Of a stretch of DNA of 64,000 nt, positions 48,011-61,400 are shown piece after piece. Origin of the DNA: Eledone cirrhosa (Eukaryota); the NCBI GenBank assembly GCA_964016885.1, contig OZ024740.1, forward strand, positions 138,942,001 through 139,006,000, in the 5' to 3' direction. Every line of letters begins with the position of its first letter. Positions within the stretch are counted from its first letter, which is position 1. The notes under the pieces were generated by a model. It saw only the letters and a list, made by a program, of their open reading frames with translations, did not search any database and was not told the origin of the DNA. The position numbers and the translations under genes were made by a program.

Positions 48011-49499
48011 TTTTTGTTAGTCTTTTTGTTGTTGTCTTTGTTGTTGTTAGTCTTGTTGTTAGTCTTGTTGTTGTTTTCATTGTTGTTGTTAGACTAATTG
48101 TTGTAGTCATTTTTCTGTTAGTCTTGTTGTTGTCATTGTTATTGTTAGTCTTGTTGTTGTTGTTATTGTTGTTAGTCTTGTTGTTGTTGTCATTATTGTT
48201 GTTAGTCTTTTTGTTGTTAGTCTTGTAGTCATTGTTGTTCTTAGTCTTGTTGTTGTTAGTCTTGTTGTTGTTAGTCTTGTTGTTGTTAATCTTGTTGTTG
48301 TTGTCATTGTTTTTGTTTGTCTTCTTGTTGTTAGTCTTGTTGTTGTTAGTCTTGTTGTTGTTGTCTTAGTTGTTGTTAGTCTTGTTGTTTTTGTCAGTGT
48401 TGTTGTTAGTATTGTTGTTCCTGTTAGGCTTGTTGTTGTTGTCATTGTTGCTGTTAGTCTTGTTGTAGGTGTCATTGTTGCTGTTAGTCTTGTTGTTGTT
48501 GTCATTGTTGCTGTTAGTCTTGTTGTTGTTTTCATTTTTGTTGTTAATCTTGTTGTTGTTAGTCTTGTTGTTGTTGTCATTGTTGCTGTTAGTCTTGTTG
48601 TTGTTGTCATTGTTGCTGTTAGTGTTTTTGTTGTTGTCATTGTTGTTGTTAGTCTTGTTGTTCCGTTAGGCTTGTTGTTGTTGTCATTGTTGCTGTTAGT
48701 CTTGTTGTTGTTGTCATTGTTGCTGTTAGTCTTGTTGTTGTTGTCATTGTTGCTGTTAGTCTTTTTGTTGTTGTCATTGTTGTTGTTAGTCTTGTTGTTG
48801 TTGTCATTGTTGTTGTTAGTCTCGTCGTTGTTGTCAATGTTGTTGTTAGTCTTGTTGTTTTTGTCATTGTTGCTGTTAGTCTTGTTGTTGTTGTCATTGT
48901 TGTTGTTAATCTCGTTGTTGTTGTTGTCATTGTTGTTGTTAGTCTTGTTGTTGTTGTCATTGTTGTTGTTAGTCTTGTTGTTGTTGTAATTGTTGTTGTT
49001 AGTCTTGTTGTTTTTGTCATTGTTGCTGTTAGTCTTTTTGTTGTTGTCATTGTTGTTGTTAGTCTTGTTGTTTTTGTCATTGTTGCTGTTAGTCTTGTTG
49101 TTGTTGTCATCGTTGTTGTTAGTCTTGTTGTTGTTGTCATTGTTGTTGTTACTCTTGTTGTTGTTGTCATTGTTGTTGTTAATCTCGTTGTTGTTGTCAT
49201 TGTTGTTGTTAGTCTTGCTGTTGTTGTCATTGTTGCTGTTAGTCTTTTTGTTGTTGTCATTGTTGTTGTTAGTCTTGTTGTTGTTGTCATTGTTGTTGTT
49301 GTCATTGTTGTTGTTAGTCTTGTTGTTGTTGTCATTATTGTTGTTAGTCTTGTTGTTGTTTTCATTGTTGCTGTTAGTCTTCTTGTTGTTGTCATTGTTG
49401 TTGTTAGTCTTGTTGTTGTTGTCATTGTGGTAGTTTGTCATTGTTGTTGTCAATCTCGTTGTTGTTGTCATTGTTGTTGTTAGTCTTGTTGTTGTTGTC

Positions 49500-52400
49500 A
49501 TTGTTATTGTTATTCTTCTTGTTGTTGTCATTGTTGTTGTTAGTCATGTTGTTGTTGTCATTGTTGTTGTTAGTCTTGTTGTTGTCATTGTTGTTGTTGT
49601 CATTGTTGTTGTTAGTCTTGTGGTTGTTGTCATTGTTATTGTTAGTCTTCTTATTGTTGTCATTGTTGTTGTTAGTCTTGTTGTTGTTGTCATTATTGTT
49701 GTTAGTCTTGTTGTTGTTGTCATTGTTGTTGTTAGTCTTGTTGTTGTTGTCAGTGTTGTTGATAGTATTGTTGTTGTTAGTCTTGTTGTTGTTGTCATTG
49801 TTGTTGTTAGTCTTGTTGTTGTTAGTCTTGTTGTTGTTGTCATTTTTGTTGTTAATCTTGTTGTTGTTAGTCTTGTTGTTAGTCTTGTTGTTGTTGTCAT
49901 TGTTGCTGTTAGTCTTGTTGTTGTTGTCTTTGTTGTTGTTTGTCTTGTTGTTGTTAGTATTGTTGTTGTTAGTGTTGTTGTTGTTGTCATTTTTGTTGTT
50001 GTCATTGTTGTGATTAGTCTTGTTGTTGTTAGTCTTGTCGTTGTTGTCATTGTTGTAATTAGTCTTGTTGTTGTTTTCATTTTTGTTGTTAATCTTGTTG
50101 TTGTTAGTCTTGTTGCTGTTAGTCTTGTTGTTGTTGTCTTTGTTGTTGTTAGTCTTGTTGTTGTTAGTATTGTTGTTGTTAGTGTTGTTGTTGTTGTCAT
50201 TTTTGTTGTTGACATTGTTGTGATTAGTCTTGTTATTGTTAGTCTTCTTGTTGTTGTCATTGTTGCTGTTAGTCTTGTTGTTGTTTTCATTTTTGTTGTT
50301 AATCTTGTTGTTGTTAGTCTTGTTGTTGTTAGTCTTGTTGTTGTTGTAATTGTTGCTGTTAGTCTTTTTGTTGTTGCAATTGTTGCTGTTAGTCTTGTTG
50401 TTGTTGTTAGTCTTGTTGTTGTTGTCATTGTTGTTGTTAGTCTTGTTGTTGTTGTCATTGTTGTTGTTAGTCTTGTCGTTGTTGTCATTGTTGTTGTTAG
50501 TCTTGTTGTTTTTGTCATTGTTGCTGTTAGTCTTGTTGTTGTTGTCATTGTTGTTGTTAATCTCGTTGTTGTTGTCATTGTTGTTGTTAGTCTTGTTGTT
50601 GTTGTCATTGTTGTTGTTAGTCTTGTTGTTGTTGTAATTGTTGTTGTTAGTCTTGTTGTTTTTGTCATTGTTGCTGTTAGTCTTTTTGTTGTTGTCATTG
50701 TTGTTGTTAGTCTTGTTGTTTTTGTCATTGTTGCTGTTAGTCTTGTTGTTGTTGTCATTGTTGTTGTTAGTCTTGTTGTTGTTGTCATTGTTGTTGTTAC
50801 TCTTGTTGTTGTTGTCATTGTTGTTGTTGTCATTGTTGTTGTTAATCTCGTTGTTGTTGTCATTGTTGTTGTTAGTCTTGCTGTTGTTGTCATTGTTGCT
50901 GTTAGTCTTTTTGTTGTTGTCATTGTTGTTGTTAGTCTTGTTGTTGTTGTCATTGTTGTTGTTGTCATTTTTGTTGTTAGTCTTGTTGTTGTTGTCATTG
51001 TTGCTGTTAGTCTTGTTGTTGTTGTCATTGTTGTTGTTAGTCTTGTTGTTGTTGTCATTGTTGCTGTTAGTCTTGTTGTTGTTGTCATTGTTGTTGTTAG
51101 TCTTGTTGTTGTTTTCATTGTTGCTGTTAGTCTTGTTGTTGTTGTCATTGTTGTTGTTAGTCTTGTTGTTGTTGTCATTGTTGTTGTTAGTCTTGTTGTT
51201 GTTGTCATTGTTGTTGTTGTCATTGTTGTTGTTAATCTCGTTGTTGTTGTCATTGTTGTTGTTAGTCTTGGTTAGTCTTGTTGTTGTTGTCATTGTTATT
51301 GTTAGTCTTGTTGTTGTTGTCATTGTTGTTGTTAGTCATGTTGTTGTTGTCATTGTTGTTGTTAGTCTTGTTGTTGTTGTCATTGTTGTTGTTGTCATTG
51401 TTGTTGTTAGTCTTGTTGTTGTTGTCATTGTTATTGTTAGTATTCTTGTTGTTGTCATTGTTGTTGTTAGTCTTGTTGTTGTTGTCATTATTGTTGTTAG
51501 TCTTGTTGTTGTTGTCATTGTTGTTGTTGTCATTTTTGTTGTTAGTCTTGTTGTTGTTGTCATTGTTGCTGTTAGTCTTGTTGTTGTTGTCATTGTTGTT
51601 GTTAGTCTTGTTGTTGTTGTCATTGTTGCTGTTAGTCTTGTTGTTGTTGTCATTGTTGTTGTTAGTCTTGTTATTGTTTTCATTGTTGCTGTTAGTCTTG
51701 TTGTTGTTGTCATTGTTGTTGTTAATCTTGTTGTTGTTGTCATTGTTGATGTTAGTCTTGTTGTTGTTGTCATTGTTGTTGTTGTCATTGTTATTGTTAG
51801 TCTTGTTGGTGTTGTCATTGTTGTTGTTAGTCATGTTGTTGTTGTCATTGTTGTTGTTAGTCTCGTTGTTGTTGTCATTGTTGTTGTTGTCATTGTTGTT
51901 GTTAATCTTGTTGTTGTTAGTCTTGTTGTTGTTAGTCTTGCTGTTGTTGTCATTGTTGCTGTTAGTCTTTTTGTTGTTGTCATTGTTATTGTTAGTCTTC
52001 TTGTTGTTGTCATTGTTGTTGTTAGTCTTGTTGTTGTTGTCATTATTGTTGTTAGTCTTGTTGTTGTTGTCATTGTTGTTGTTAGTCTTGTTGTTGTTGT
52101 CAGTGTTGTTGTTAGTATTGTTGTTGTTGTCAGTGTTGTTGTTAGTCTTGTTGTTGTTGTCATTGTTGTTGTTAGTCTTGTTGTTGTTAGTCTTGTTGTT
52201 GTTGTCATTTTTGTTGTTAATCTTGTTGTTGTTAGTCTTGTTGTTAGTCTTGTTGTTGTTGTCATTGTTGCTGTTAGTCTTGTTGTTGTTTTTCTTTGTT
52301 GTTGTTAGTCTTGTTGTTGTTAGTATTGTTGTTGTTAGTGTTGTTGTTGTTGTCATTTTTGTTGTTGTCATTGTTGTTATTAGTCTTGTTGTTGTTAGTC

Positions 52401-55400
52401 TTGTCGTTGTTGTCATTGTTGTAATTAGTCTTGTTGTTAGTCTTGTTGTTAGTCTTGTTGTTGTTAGTCTTGTTGTTGTTGTCATTGTTGCTGTTAGTCT
52501 TGTTGTTTTCATTTTTGTTGTTAATCTTGTTGTTGTTAGTCTTGTTGTTGTTAGTCTTGTTGTTGTTTTAATTGTTGCTGTTAGTCTTTTTGTTGTTGCA
52601 ATTGTTGCTGTTAGTCTTGTTGTTGTTGTTAGTCTTGTTGTTGTTGTCATTGTTGTTGTTAGTCTTGTTGTTGTTGTCATTGTTGTTGTTAGTCTTGTCG
52701 TTGTTGTCATTGTTGTTGTTAGTCTTGTTGTTTTTGTCATTGTTGCTGTTAGTCTTGTTGTTGTTGTCATTGTTGTTGTTAATCTCGTTGTTGTTGTCAT
52801 TTTTGTTGTTAGTCTTGTTGTTGTTGTCATTGTTGTTGTTAGTCTTGTTGTCGTTGTAATTGTTGTTGTTATTCTTGTTGTTTTTGTCATTGTTGCTGTT
52901 AGTCTTTTTGTTGTTGTCATTGTTGTTGTTAGTCTTGTTGTTTTTGTCATTGTTGCTGTTAGTCTTGTTGTTGTTGTCATTGTTGTTGTTAGTCTTGTTG
53001 TTGTTGTCATTGTTGTTGTTACTCTTGTTGTTGTTGTCATTGTTGTTGTTGTCATTGTTGTTGTTAGTCTTGCTGTTGTTGTCATTGTTGCTGTTAGTCT
53101 TTTTGTTGTTGTCATTGTTGTTGTTAGTCTTGTTGTTGTTGTCATTGTTGTTGTTGTCATTTTTGTTGTTAGTCTTGTTGTTGTTGTCATTGTTGCTGTT
53201 AGTCTTGTTGTTGTTGTCATTGTTGTTGTTAGTCTTGTTGTTGTTGTCATTGTTGCTGTTAGTCTTGTTGTTGTTGTCATTGTTGTTGTTAGTCTTGTTG
53301 TTGTTTTCATTGTTGCTGTTAGTCTTGTTGTTGTTGTCATTGTTGTTGTTAGTCTTGTTGTTGTTGTCATTGTTGTTGTTAGTCTTGTTGTTGTTGTCAT
53401 TGTTGTTGTTGTCATTGTTGTTGTTAATCTCGTTGTTGTTGTCATAGTTGTTGTTAGTCTCGGTTAGTCTTGTTGTTGTTGTCATTGTTATTGTTAGTAT
53501 TGTTGTTGTTGTCATTGTTGTTGTTAGTCATGTTGTTGTTGTCATTGTTGTTGTTAGTCTTGTTGTTGTTGTCATTGTTGTTGTTGTCATTGTTATTGTT
53601 AGTCTTGTTGTTGTTGTCATTGTTATTGTTAGTATTCTTGTTGTTGTCATTGTTGTTGTTAGTCTTGTTGTTGTTGTCATTATTGTTGTTAGTCTTGTTG
53701 TTGTTGTCATTGTTGTTGTTGTCATTTTTGTTGTTAGTCTTGTTGTTGTTGTCATTGTTGCTGTTAGTCTTGTTGTTGTTGTCATTGTTGTTGTTAGTCT
53801 TGTTGTTGTTGTCATTGTTGCTGTTAGTCTTGTTGTTGTTGTCATTGTTGTTGTTAGTCTTGTTATTGTTTTCATTGTTGCTGTTAGTCTTGTTGTTGTT
53901 GTCATTGTTGTTGTTAGTCTTGTTGTTGTTGTCATTGTTGTTGTTAGTCTTGTTGTTGTTGTCATTGTTGTTGTTGTCATTGTTGTTGTTAATCTCGTTG
54001 TTGTTGTCATAGTTGTTGTTAGTCTTGTTGTTGTTGTCATTGTTATTGTTAGTCTTGTTGTTGTTGTCATTGTTGTTGTTAGTCATGTTGTTGTTGTCAT
54101 TGTTGTTGTTAGTCTTGTTGTTGTTGTCATTGTTGTTGTTGTCATTGTTGTTGTTAATCTTGTTGTTGTTAGTCTTGTTGTTGTTAGTCTTGCTGTTGTT
54201 GTCATTGTTGCTGTTAGTCTTTTTGTTGTTGTCATTGTTGTTGTTAGTCTTGTTGTTGTTGTCATTGTTGTTGTTGTCATTTTTGTTGTTAGTCATGTTT
54301 TTGTTGTCATTGTTGCTGTTAGTCTTGTTGTTGTTGTCATTGTTGTTGTTAGTCTTGTTGTTGTTGTCATTGTTGCTGTTAGTCTTGTTGTTGTTGTCAT
54401 TGTTGTTGTTAGTCTTGTTGTTGTTTTCATTGTTGCTGTTAGTCTTGTTGTTGTTGTCATTGTTGTTGTTAGTCTTGTTGTTGTTGTCATTGTTGTTGTT
54501 AGTCTTGTTGTTGTTGTCATTGTTGTTGTTGTCATTGTTGTTGTTAATCTCGTTGTTGTTGTCATTGTTGTTGTTAGTCTTGGTTAGTCTTGTTGTTGTT
54601 GTCATTGTTATTGTTAGTCTTGTTGTTGTTGTCATTGTTGTTGTTAGTCATGTTGTTGTTGTCATTGTTGTTGTTAGTCTTGTTTTTGTCATTGTTGTTG
54701 TTGTCATTGTTGTTGTTAGTCTTGTTGTTCCTGTTAGGCTTGTTGTTGTTGTCATTGTTGCTGTTAGTCTTGTTGTTGTTGTCATTGTTGCTGTTAGTCT
54801 TGTTGTTGTTGTCATTGTTGCTGTTAGTCTTTTTGTTGTTGTCATTGTTGTTGTTAGTCTTGTTGTTGTTGTCATTGTTGTTGTTAGTCTCGTCGTTGTT
54901 GTCATTGTTGTTGTTAGTCTTGTTGTTCTTGTCATTGTTGCTGTTAGTCTTGTTGTTGTTGTCATTGTTGTTGTTAATCTCGTTGTTGTTGTCATTGTTG
55001 TTGTTAGTCTTGTTGTTGTTGTCATTGTTGTTGTTAGTCTTGTTGTTGTTGTAATTGTTGTTGTTAGTCTTGTTGTTTTTGTCATTGTTGCTTTTAGTCT
55101 TTTTGTTGTTGTCATTGTTGTTGTTAGTCTTGTTGTTTTTGTCATTGTTGCTGTTAGTCTTGTTGTTGTTGTCTTTGTTGTTGTTAGTCTTGTTGTTGTT
55201 GTCATTGTTGTTGTTACTCTTGTTGTTGTTGTCATTGTTGTTGTTAATCTCGTTGTTGTTGTCATTGTTGTTGTTAGTCTTGCTGTCGTTGTCATTGTTG
55301 CTGTTAGTCTTCTTGTTGTTGTCATTGTTGTGGTTAGACTTGTTGTTGTTGTCATTGTTGTTGTTAGTCTTGTTGTTGTTGTCATTGTTATTGTTATTCT

Positions 55401-58400
55401 TCTTGTTGTTGTCATTGTTGTTGTTAGTCATGTTGTTGTTGTCATTGTTGTTGTTAGTCTTGTTGTTGTCATTGTTGTTGTTGTCATTGTTGTTGTTAGT
55501 CTTGTTGTTGTTGTCATTGTTATTGTTAGTCTTCTTGTTGTTGTCATTGTTGTTGTTAGTCTTGTTGTTGTTGTCATTATTGTTGTTAGTCTTGTTGTTG
55601 TTGTCATTGTTGTTGTTAGTCTTGTTGTTGTTGTCAGTGTTGTTGTTAGTATTGTTGTTGATAGTCTTGTTGTTGTTGTCATTGTTGTTGTTAGTCTTGT
55701 TGTTGTTAATCTTGTTGTTGTTGTCATTTTTGTTGTTAATCTTGTTGTTGTTAGTCTTGTTGTTAGTCTTGTTGTTGTTGTCATTGTTGCTGTTAGTCTT
55801 GTTGTTGTTGTCTTTGTTGTTGTTAGTCTTGTTGTTGTTGTCAGTGTTGTTGTTAGTATTGTTGTTGTTAGTGTTGTTGTTGTTGTCATTTTTGTTGTTG
55901 TCATTGTTGTTATTAGTCTTGTTGTTGTTAGTCTTGTTGTTGTTGTCATTGTTGTAATTAGTCTTGTTGTTGTTAGTCTTGTTGTTGTTAGTCTTGTTGT
56001 TGTTGTCATTGTTGCTGTTAGTCTTGTTGTTGTTTTCATTTTTGTTGTTAATCTTGTTGTTGTTAGTCTTGTTGTTGTTAGTCTTGTTGTTGTTGTAATT
56101 GTTGCTGTTAGTCTTTTTGTTGTTGCAATTGTTGCTGTTAGTCTTGTTGTTGTTGTTAGGCTCGTTGTTGTTGTCATTGTTGTTGTTAGTCTTGTTGTTG
56201 TTGTCATTGTTGTTGTTAGTCTTGTCGTTGTTGTCATTGTTGTTGTTAGTCTTGTTGTTTTTGTCATTGTTGCTGTTAGTCTTGTTGTTGTTGTCATTGT
56301 TGTTGTTAATCTCGTTGTTGTTTTCATTGTTGTTGTTAGTCTTGTTGTTGTTGTCATTGTTGTTGTTAGTCTTGTTGTCGTTGTAATTGTTGTTGTTAGT
56401 CTTGTTGTTTTTGTCATTGTTGCTGTTAGTCTTTTTGTTGTTGTCATTGTTGTTGTTAGTCTTGTTGTTTTTGTCATTGTTGCTGTTAGTCTTGTTGTTG
56501 TTGTCATTGTTGTTGATAGTCTTGTTGTTGTTGTCATTGTTGTTGTTACTCTTGTTGTTGTTGTCATTGTTGTTGTTGTCATTGTTGTTGTTAATCTCGT
56601 TGTTGTTGTCATTGTTGTTGTTAGTCTTGCTGTTGTTGTCATTGTTGTTGTTGTCATTTTTGTTGTTAGTCTTGTTGTTGTTGTCATTGTTGCTGTTAGT
56701 CTTGTTGTTGTTGTCATTGTTGTTGTTAGTCTTGTTGTTGTTTTCATTGTTGCTGTTAGTCTTGTTGTTGTTGTCATTGTTGTTGTTAGTCTTGTTGTTG
56801 TTGTCATTGTTGTTGTTAGTCTTGTTGTTGTTGTCATTGTTGTTGTTAGTCTCGTCGTTGTTGTCATTGTTGTTGTTAGTCTTGTTGTTTTTGTCATTGT
56901 TGCTGTTAGTCTTGTTGTTGTTTTCATTGTTGTTGTTAATCTCGTTGTTGTTGTCATTGTTGTTGTTAGTCTTGTTGTTGTTGTCATTGTTGTTGTTAGT
57001 CTTGTTGTTGTTGTAATTGTTGTTGTTAGTCTTGTTGTTTTTGTCATTGTTGCTGTTAGTCTTTTTGTTGTTGTCATTGTTGTTGTTAGTCTTGTTGTAT
57101 TTGTCATTGTTGCTGTTAGTCGTGTTGTTGTTGTCATTGTTGTTGTTAGTCTTGTTGTTGTTGTCATTGTTGTTGTTACTCTTGTTGTTGTTGTCATTGT
57201 TGTTGTTAATCTCGTTGTTGTTGTCATTGTTGTTGTTAGTCTTGCTGTTGTTGTCATTGTTGCTGTTAGTCTTTTTGTTGTTGTCATTGTTGTGGTTAGA
57301 CTTGTTGTTGTTGTCATTGTTGTTGTTGTCATTTTTGTTGTTAGTCTTGTTGTTGTTGTCACTGTTGCTGTTAGTCTTGTTGTTATTGTCATTGTTGTTG
57401 TTAGTCTTGTTGTTGTTGTCATTGTTGCTGTTAGTCTTGTTGTTGTTGTCATTGTTGTTGTTAGTCTTGTTGTTGTTTTCATTGTTGCTGTTAGTCATCT
57501 TGTTGTTGTCATTGTTGTTGTTAGTCTTGTTGTTGTTGTCATTGTTGTTGTTAGTTTTGTTGTTGTTGTCATTGTGGTTGTTGTCATTGTTGTTGTTAAT
57601 CTCGTTGTTGTTGTCATTGTTGTTGTTAGTCTTGTTGTTGTTGTCATTGTTATTGTTATTCTTCTTGTTGTTGTCATTGTTGTTGTTAGTCATGTTGTTG
57701 TTGTCATTGTTGTTGTTAGTCTTGTTGTTGTCATTGTTGTTGTTGTCATTGTTGTTGTTAGTCTTGTTGTTGTTGTCATTGTTATTGTTAGTCTTCTTGT
57801 TGTTGTCATTGTTGTTGTTAGTCTTGTTGTTGTTGTCATTATTGTTGTTAGTCTTGTTGTTGTTGTCATTGTTGTTGTTAGTCTTATTGTTGTTGTCAGT
57901 GTTGTTGTTAGTATTGTTGTTGATAGTCTTGTTGTTGTTGTCATTGTTGTTGTTAGTCTTGTTGTTGTTGTCATTTTTGTTGTTAATCTTGTTGTTGTTA
58001 GTCTTGTTAGTCTTGTTGTTGTTGTCATTGTTGCTGTTAGTCTTGTTGTTGTTGTCTTTGTTGTTGTTAGTCTTGTTGTTGTTGTCAGTGTTGTTGTTAG
58101 TATTGTTGTTGTTAGTGTTGTTGTTGTTGTCATTTTTGTTGTTGTCATTGTTGTTATTAGTCTTGTTGTTGTTAGTCTTGTTGTTGTTGTCATTGTTGTA
58201 ATTAGTCTTGTTGTTGTTAGTCTTCTTGTTGTTAGTCTTGTTGTTGTTGTCATTCTTGCTGTTAGTCTTGTTGTTGTTTTCATTTTTGTTGTTAATCTTG
58301 TTGTTGTTAGTCTTGTTGTTGTTAGTCTTGTTGTTGTTGTAATTGTTGCTGTTAGTCTTTTTGTTGTTGCAATTGTTGCTGTTAGTTTTGTTGTTGTTGT

Positions 58401-61400
58401 TAGGCTTGTTGTTGTTGTCATTGTTGTTGTTAGTCTTGTTGTTGTTGTCATTGTTGTTGTTAGTCTTGTCGTTGTTGTCATTGTTGTTGTTAGTCTTGTT
58501 GTTTTTGTCATTGTTGCTGTTAGTCTTGTTCTTGTTGTCATTGTTGTTGTTAATCTCGTTGTTGTTGTCATTGTTGTTGTTAGACTTGTTGTTGTTGTCA
58601 TTGTTGTTGTTAGTCTTGTTGTCGTTGTAATTGTTGTTGTTAGTCTTGTTGTTTTTGTCATTGTTGCTGTTAGTCTTTTTGTTGTTGTCATTGTTGTTGT
58701 TAGTCTTGTTGTTTTTGTCATTGTTGCTGTTAGTCTTGTTGTTGTTGTCATTGTTGTTGATAGTCTTGTTGTTGTTGTCATTGTTGTTGTTACTCTTGTT
58801 GTTGTTGTCATTGTTGTTGTTGTCATTGTTGTTGTTAATCTCGTTGTTGTTGTCATTGTTGTTGTTAGTCTTGCTGTTGTTGTCATTGTTGTTGTTGTCA
58901 TTTTTGTTGTTAGTCTTGTTGTTGTTGTCATTGTTGCTGTTAGTCTTGTTGTTGTTGTCATTGTTGTTGTTAGTCTTGTTGTTGTTGTCATTGTTGCTGT
59001 TAGTCTTGTTGTTGTTGTCATTGTTGTTGTTAGTCTTGTTGTTGTTTTCATTGTTGCTGTTAGTCTTGTTGTTGTTGTCATTGTTGTTGTTAGTCTTGTT
59101 GTTGTTGTCATTGTTGTTGTTAGTCTTGTTGTTGTTGTCATTGTTGTTGTTGTCATTGTTGTTGTTAATCTCGTTGTTGTTGTCATTGTTGTTGTTAGTC
59201 TTGGTTAGTCTTGTTGTTGTTGTCATTGTTATTGTTAGTCTTGTTGTTGTTGTCATTGTTGTTGTTAGTCATGTTGTTGTTGTCATTGCTGTTGTTAGTC
59301 TTGTTGTTGTTGTCATTGTTGTTGTTAGTCTTGTTGTTGTTGTCATTGTTATTGTTAGTCTTCTTGTTGTTGTCATTGTTGTTGTTAGTCTTGTTGTTGT
59401 TGTCATTATTGTTGTTAGTCTTGTTGTTGTTGTCATTGTTGTTGTTGTCATTTTTGTTGTTAGTCTTGTTGTTGTTGTCATTGTTGCTGTTAGTCTTGTT
59501 GTTGTTGTCATTGTTGTTGTTAGTCTTGTTGTTGTTGTCATTGTTGCTGTTAGTCTTGTTGTTGTTGTCATTGTTGTTGTTAGTCTTGTTGTTGTTTTCA
59601 TTGTTGCCGTTAGTCTTGTTGTTGTTGTCATTGTTGTTGTTAGTCTTGTTGTTGTTGTCATTGTTGTTGTTAGTCTTGTTGTTGTTGTCATTGTTGTTGT
59701 TGTCATTGTTGTTGTTAATCTCGTTGTTGTTGTCATAGTTGTTGTTAGTCTTGTTGTTGTTGTCATTGTTATTGTTAGTCTTGTTGTTGTTGTCATTGTT
59801 GTTGTCATTGTTGTTGTTTGTCATGTTGTTGTTGTCATTGTTGTTGTTAGTCTTGTTGTCTTTGTCTTTGTTGTTGTTGTCATTGTTGTTGTTAATCTTG
59901 TTGTTGTTAGTCTTGTTGTTGTTAGTCTTGTTGTTGTTGTAATTGTTGCTGTTAGTCTTTTTGTTGTTGCAATTGTTGCTGTTAGTCTTGTTGTTGTTGT
60001 TAGTCTTGTTGTTGTTGTCATTGTTGTTGTTAGTCTTGTTGTTGTTGTCATTGTTGTTGTTAGTCTTGTCGTTGTTGTCATTGTTGTTGTTAGTCTTGTT
60101 GTTTTTGTCATTGTTGCTGTTAGTCTTGTTGTTGTTGTCATTGCTGTTGTTAATCTCGTTGTTGTTGTCATTGTTGTTGTTAGTCTTGTTGTTGTTGTCA
60201 TTGTTGTTGTTAGTCTTGTTGTTGTTGTAATTGTTGTTGTTAGTCTTGTTGTTTTTGTCATTGTTGCTGTTAGTCTTTTTGTTGTTGTCATTGTTGTTGT
60301 TAGTCTTGTTGTTGTTGTCATTGTTGTTGTTACTCTTGTTGTTGTTGTCATTGTTGTTGTTGTCATTGTTGTTGTTAATCTCGTTGTTGTTGTCATTGTT
60401 GTTGTTAGTCTTGCTGTTGTTGTCATTGTTGCTGTTAGTCTTTTTGTTGTTGTCATTGTTGTTGTTAGTCTTGTTGTTGTTGTCATTGTTGTTGTTGTCA
60501 TTGTTGTTGTTAATCTCGTTGTTGTTGTCATTGTTGTTGTTAGTCTTGGTTAGTCTTGTTGTTGTTGTCATTGTTATTGTTAGTCTTGTTGTTGTTGTCA
60601 TTGTTGTTGTTAGTCATGTTGTTGTTGTCATTGTTGTTGTTAGTCTTGTTGTTGTTGTCATTGTTGTTGTTGTCATTGTTGTTGTTAGTCTTGTTGTTGT
60701 TGTCATTGTTATTGTTAGTATTCTTGTTGTTGTCATTGTTGTTGTTAGTCTTGTTGTTGTTGTCATTATTGTTGTTAGTCTTGTTGTTGTTGTCATTGTT
60801 GTTGTTGTCATTTTTGTTGTTAGTCTTGTTGTTGTTGTCATTGTTGCTGTTAGTCTTGTTGTTGTTGTCATTGTTGTTGTTAGTCTTGTTGTTGTTGTCA
60901 TTGTTGCTGTTAGTCTTGTTGTTGTTGTCATTGTTGTTGTTAGTCTTGTTATTGTTTTCATTGTTGCTGTTAGTCTTGTTGTTGTTGTCATTGTTGTTGT
61001 TAATCTTGTTGTTGTTGTCATTGTTGATGTTAGTCTTGTTGTTGTTGTCATTGTTGTTGTTGTCATTGTTATTGTTAGTCTTGTTGGTGTTGTCATTGTT
61101 GTTGTTAGTCATGTTGTTGTTGTCATTGTTGTTGTTAGTCTTGTTGTTGTTGTCATTGTTGTTGTTGTCATTGTTGTTGTTAATCTTGTTGTTGTTAGTC
61201 TTGTTGTTGTTAGTCTTGCTGTTGTTTTCATTGTTGCTGTTAGTCTTTTTGTTGTTGTCATTGTTATTGTTAGTCTTCTTGTTGTTGTCATTGTTGTTGT
61301 TAGTCTTGTTGTTGTTGTCATTATTGTTGTTAGTCTTGTTGTTGTTGTCATTGTTGTTGTTAGTCTTGTTGTTGTTGTCAGTGTTGTTGTTAGTATTGTT

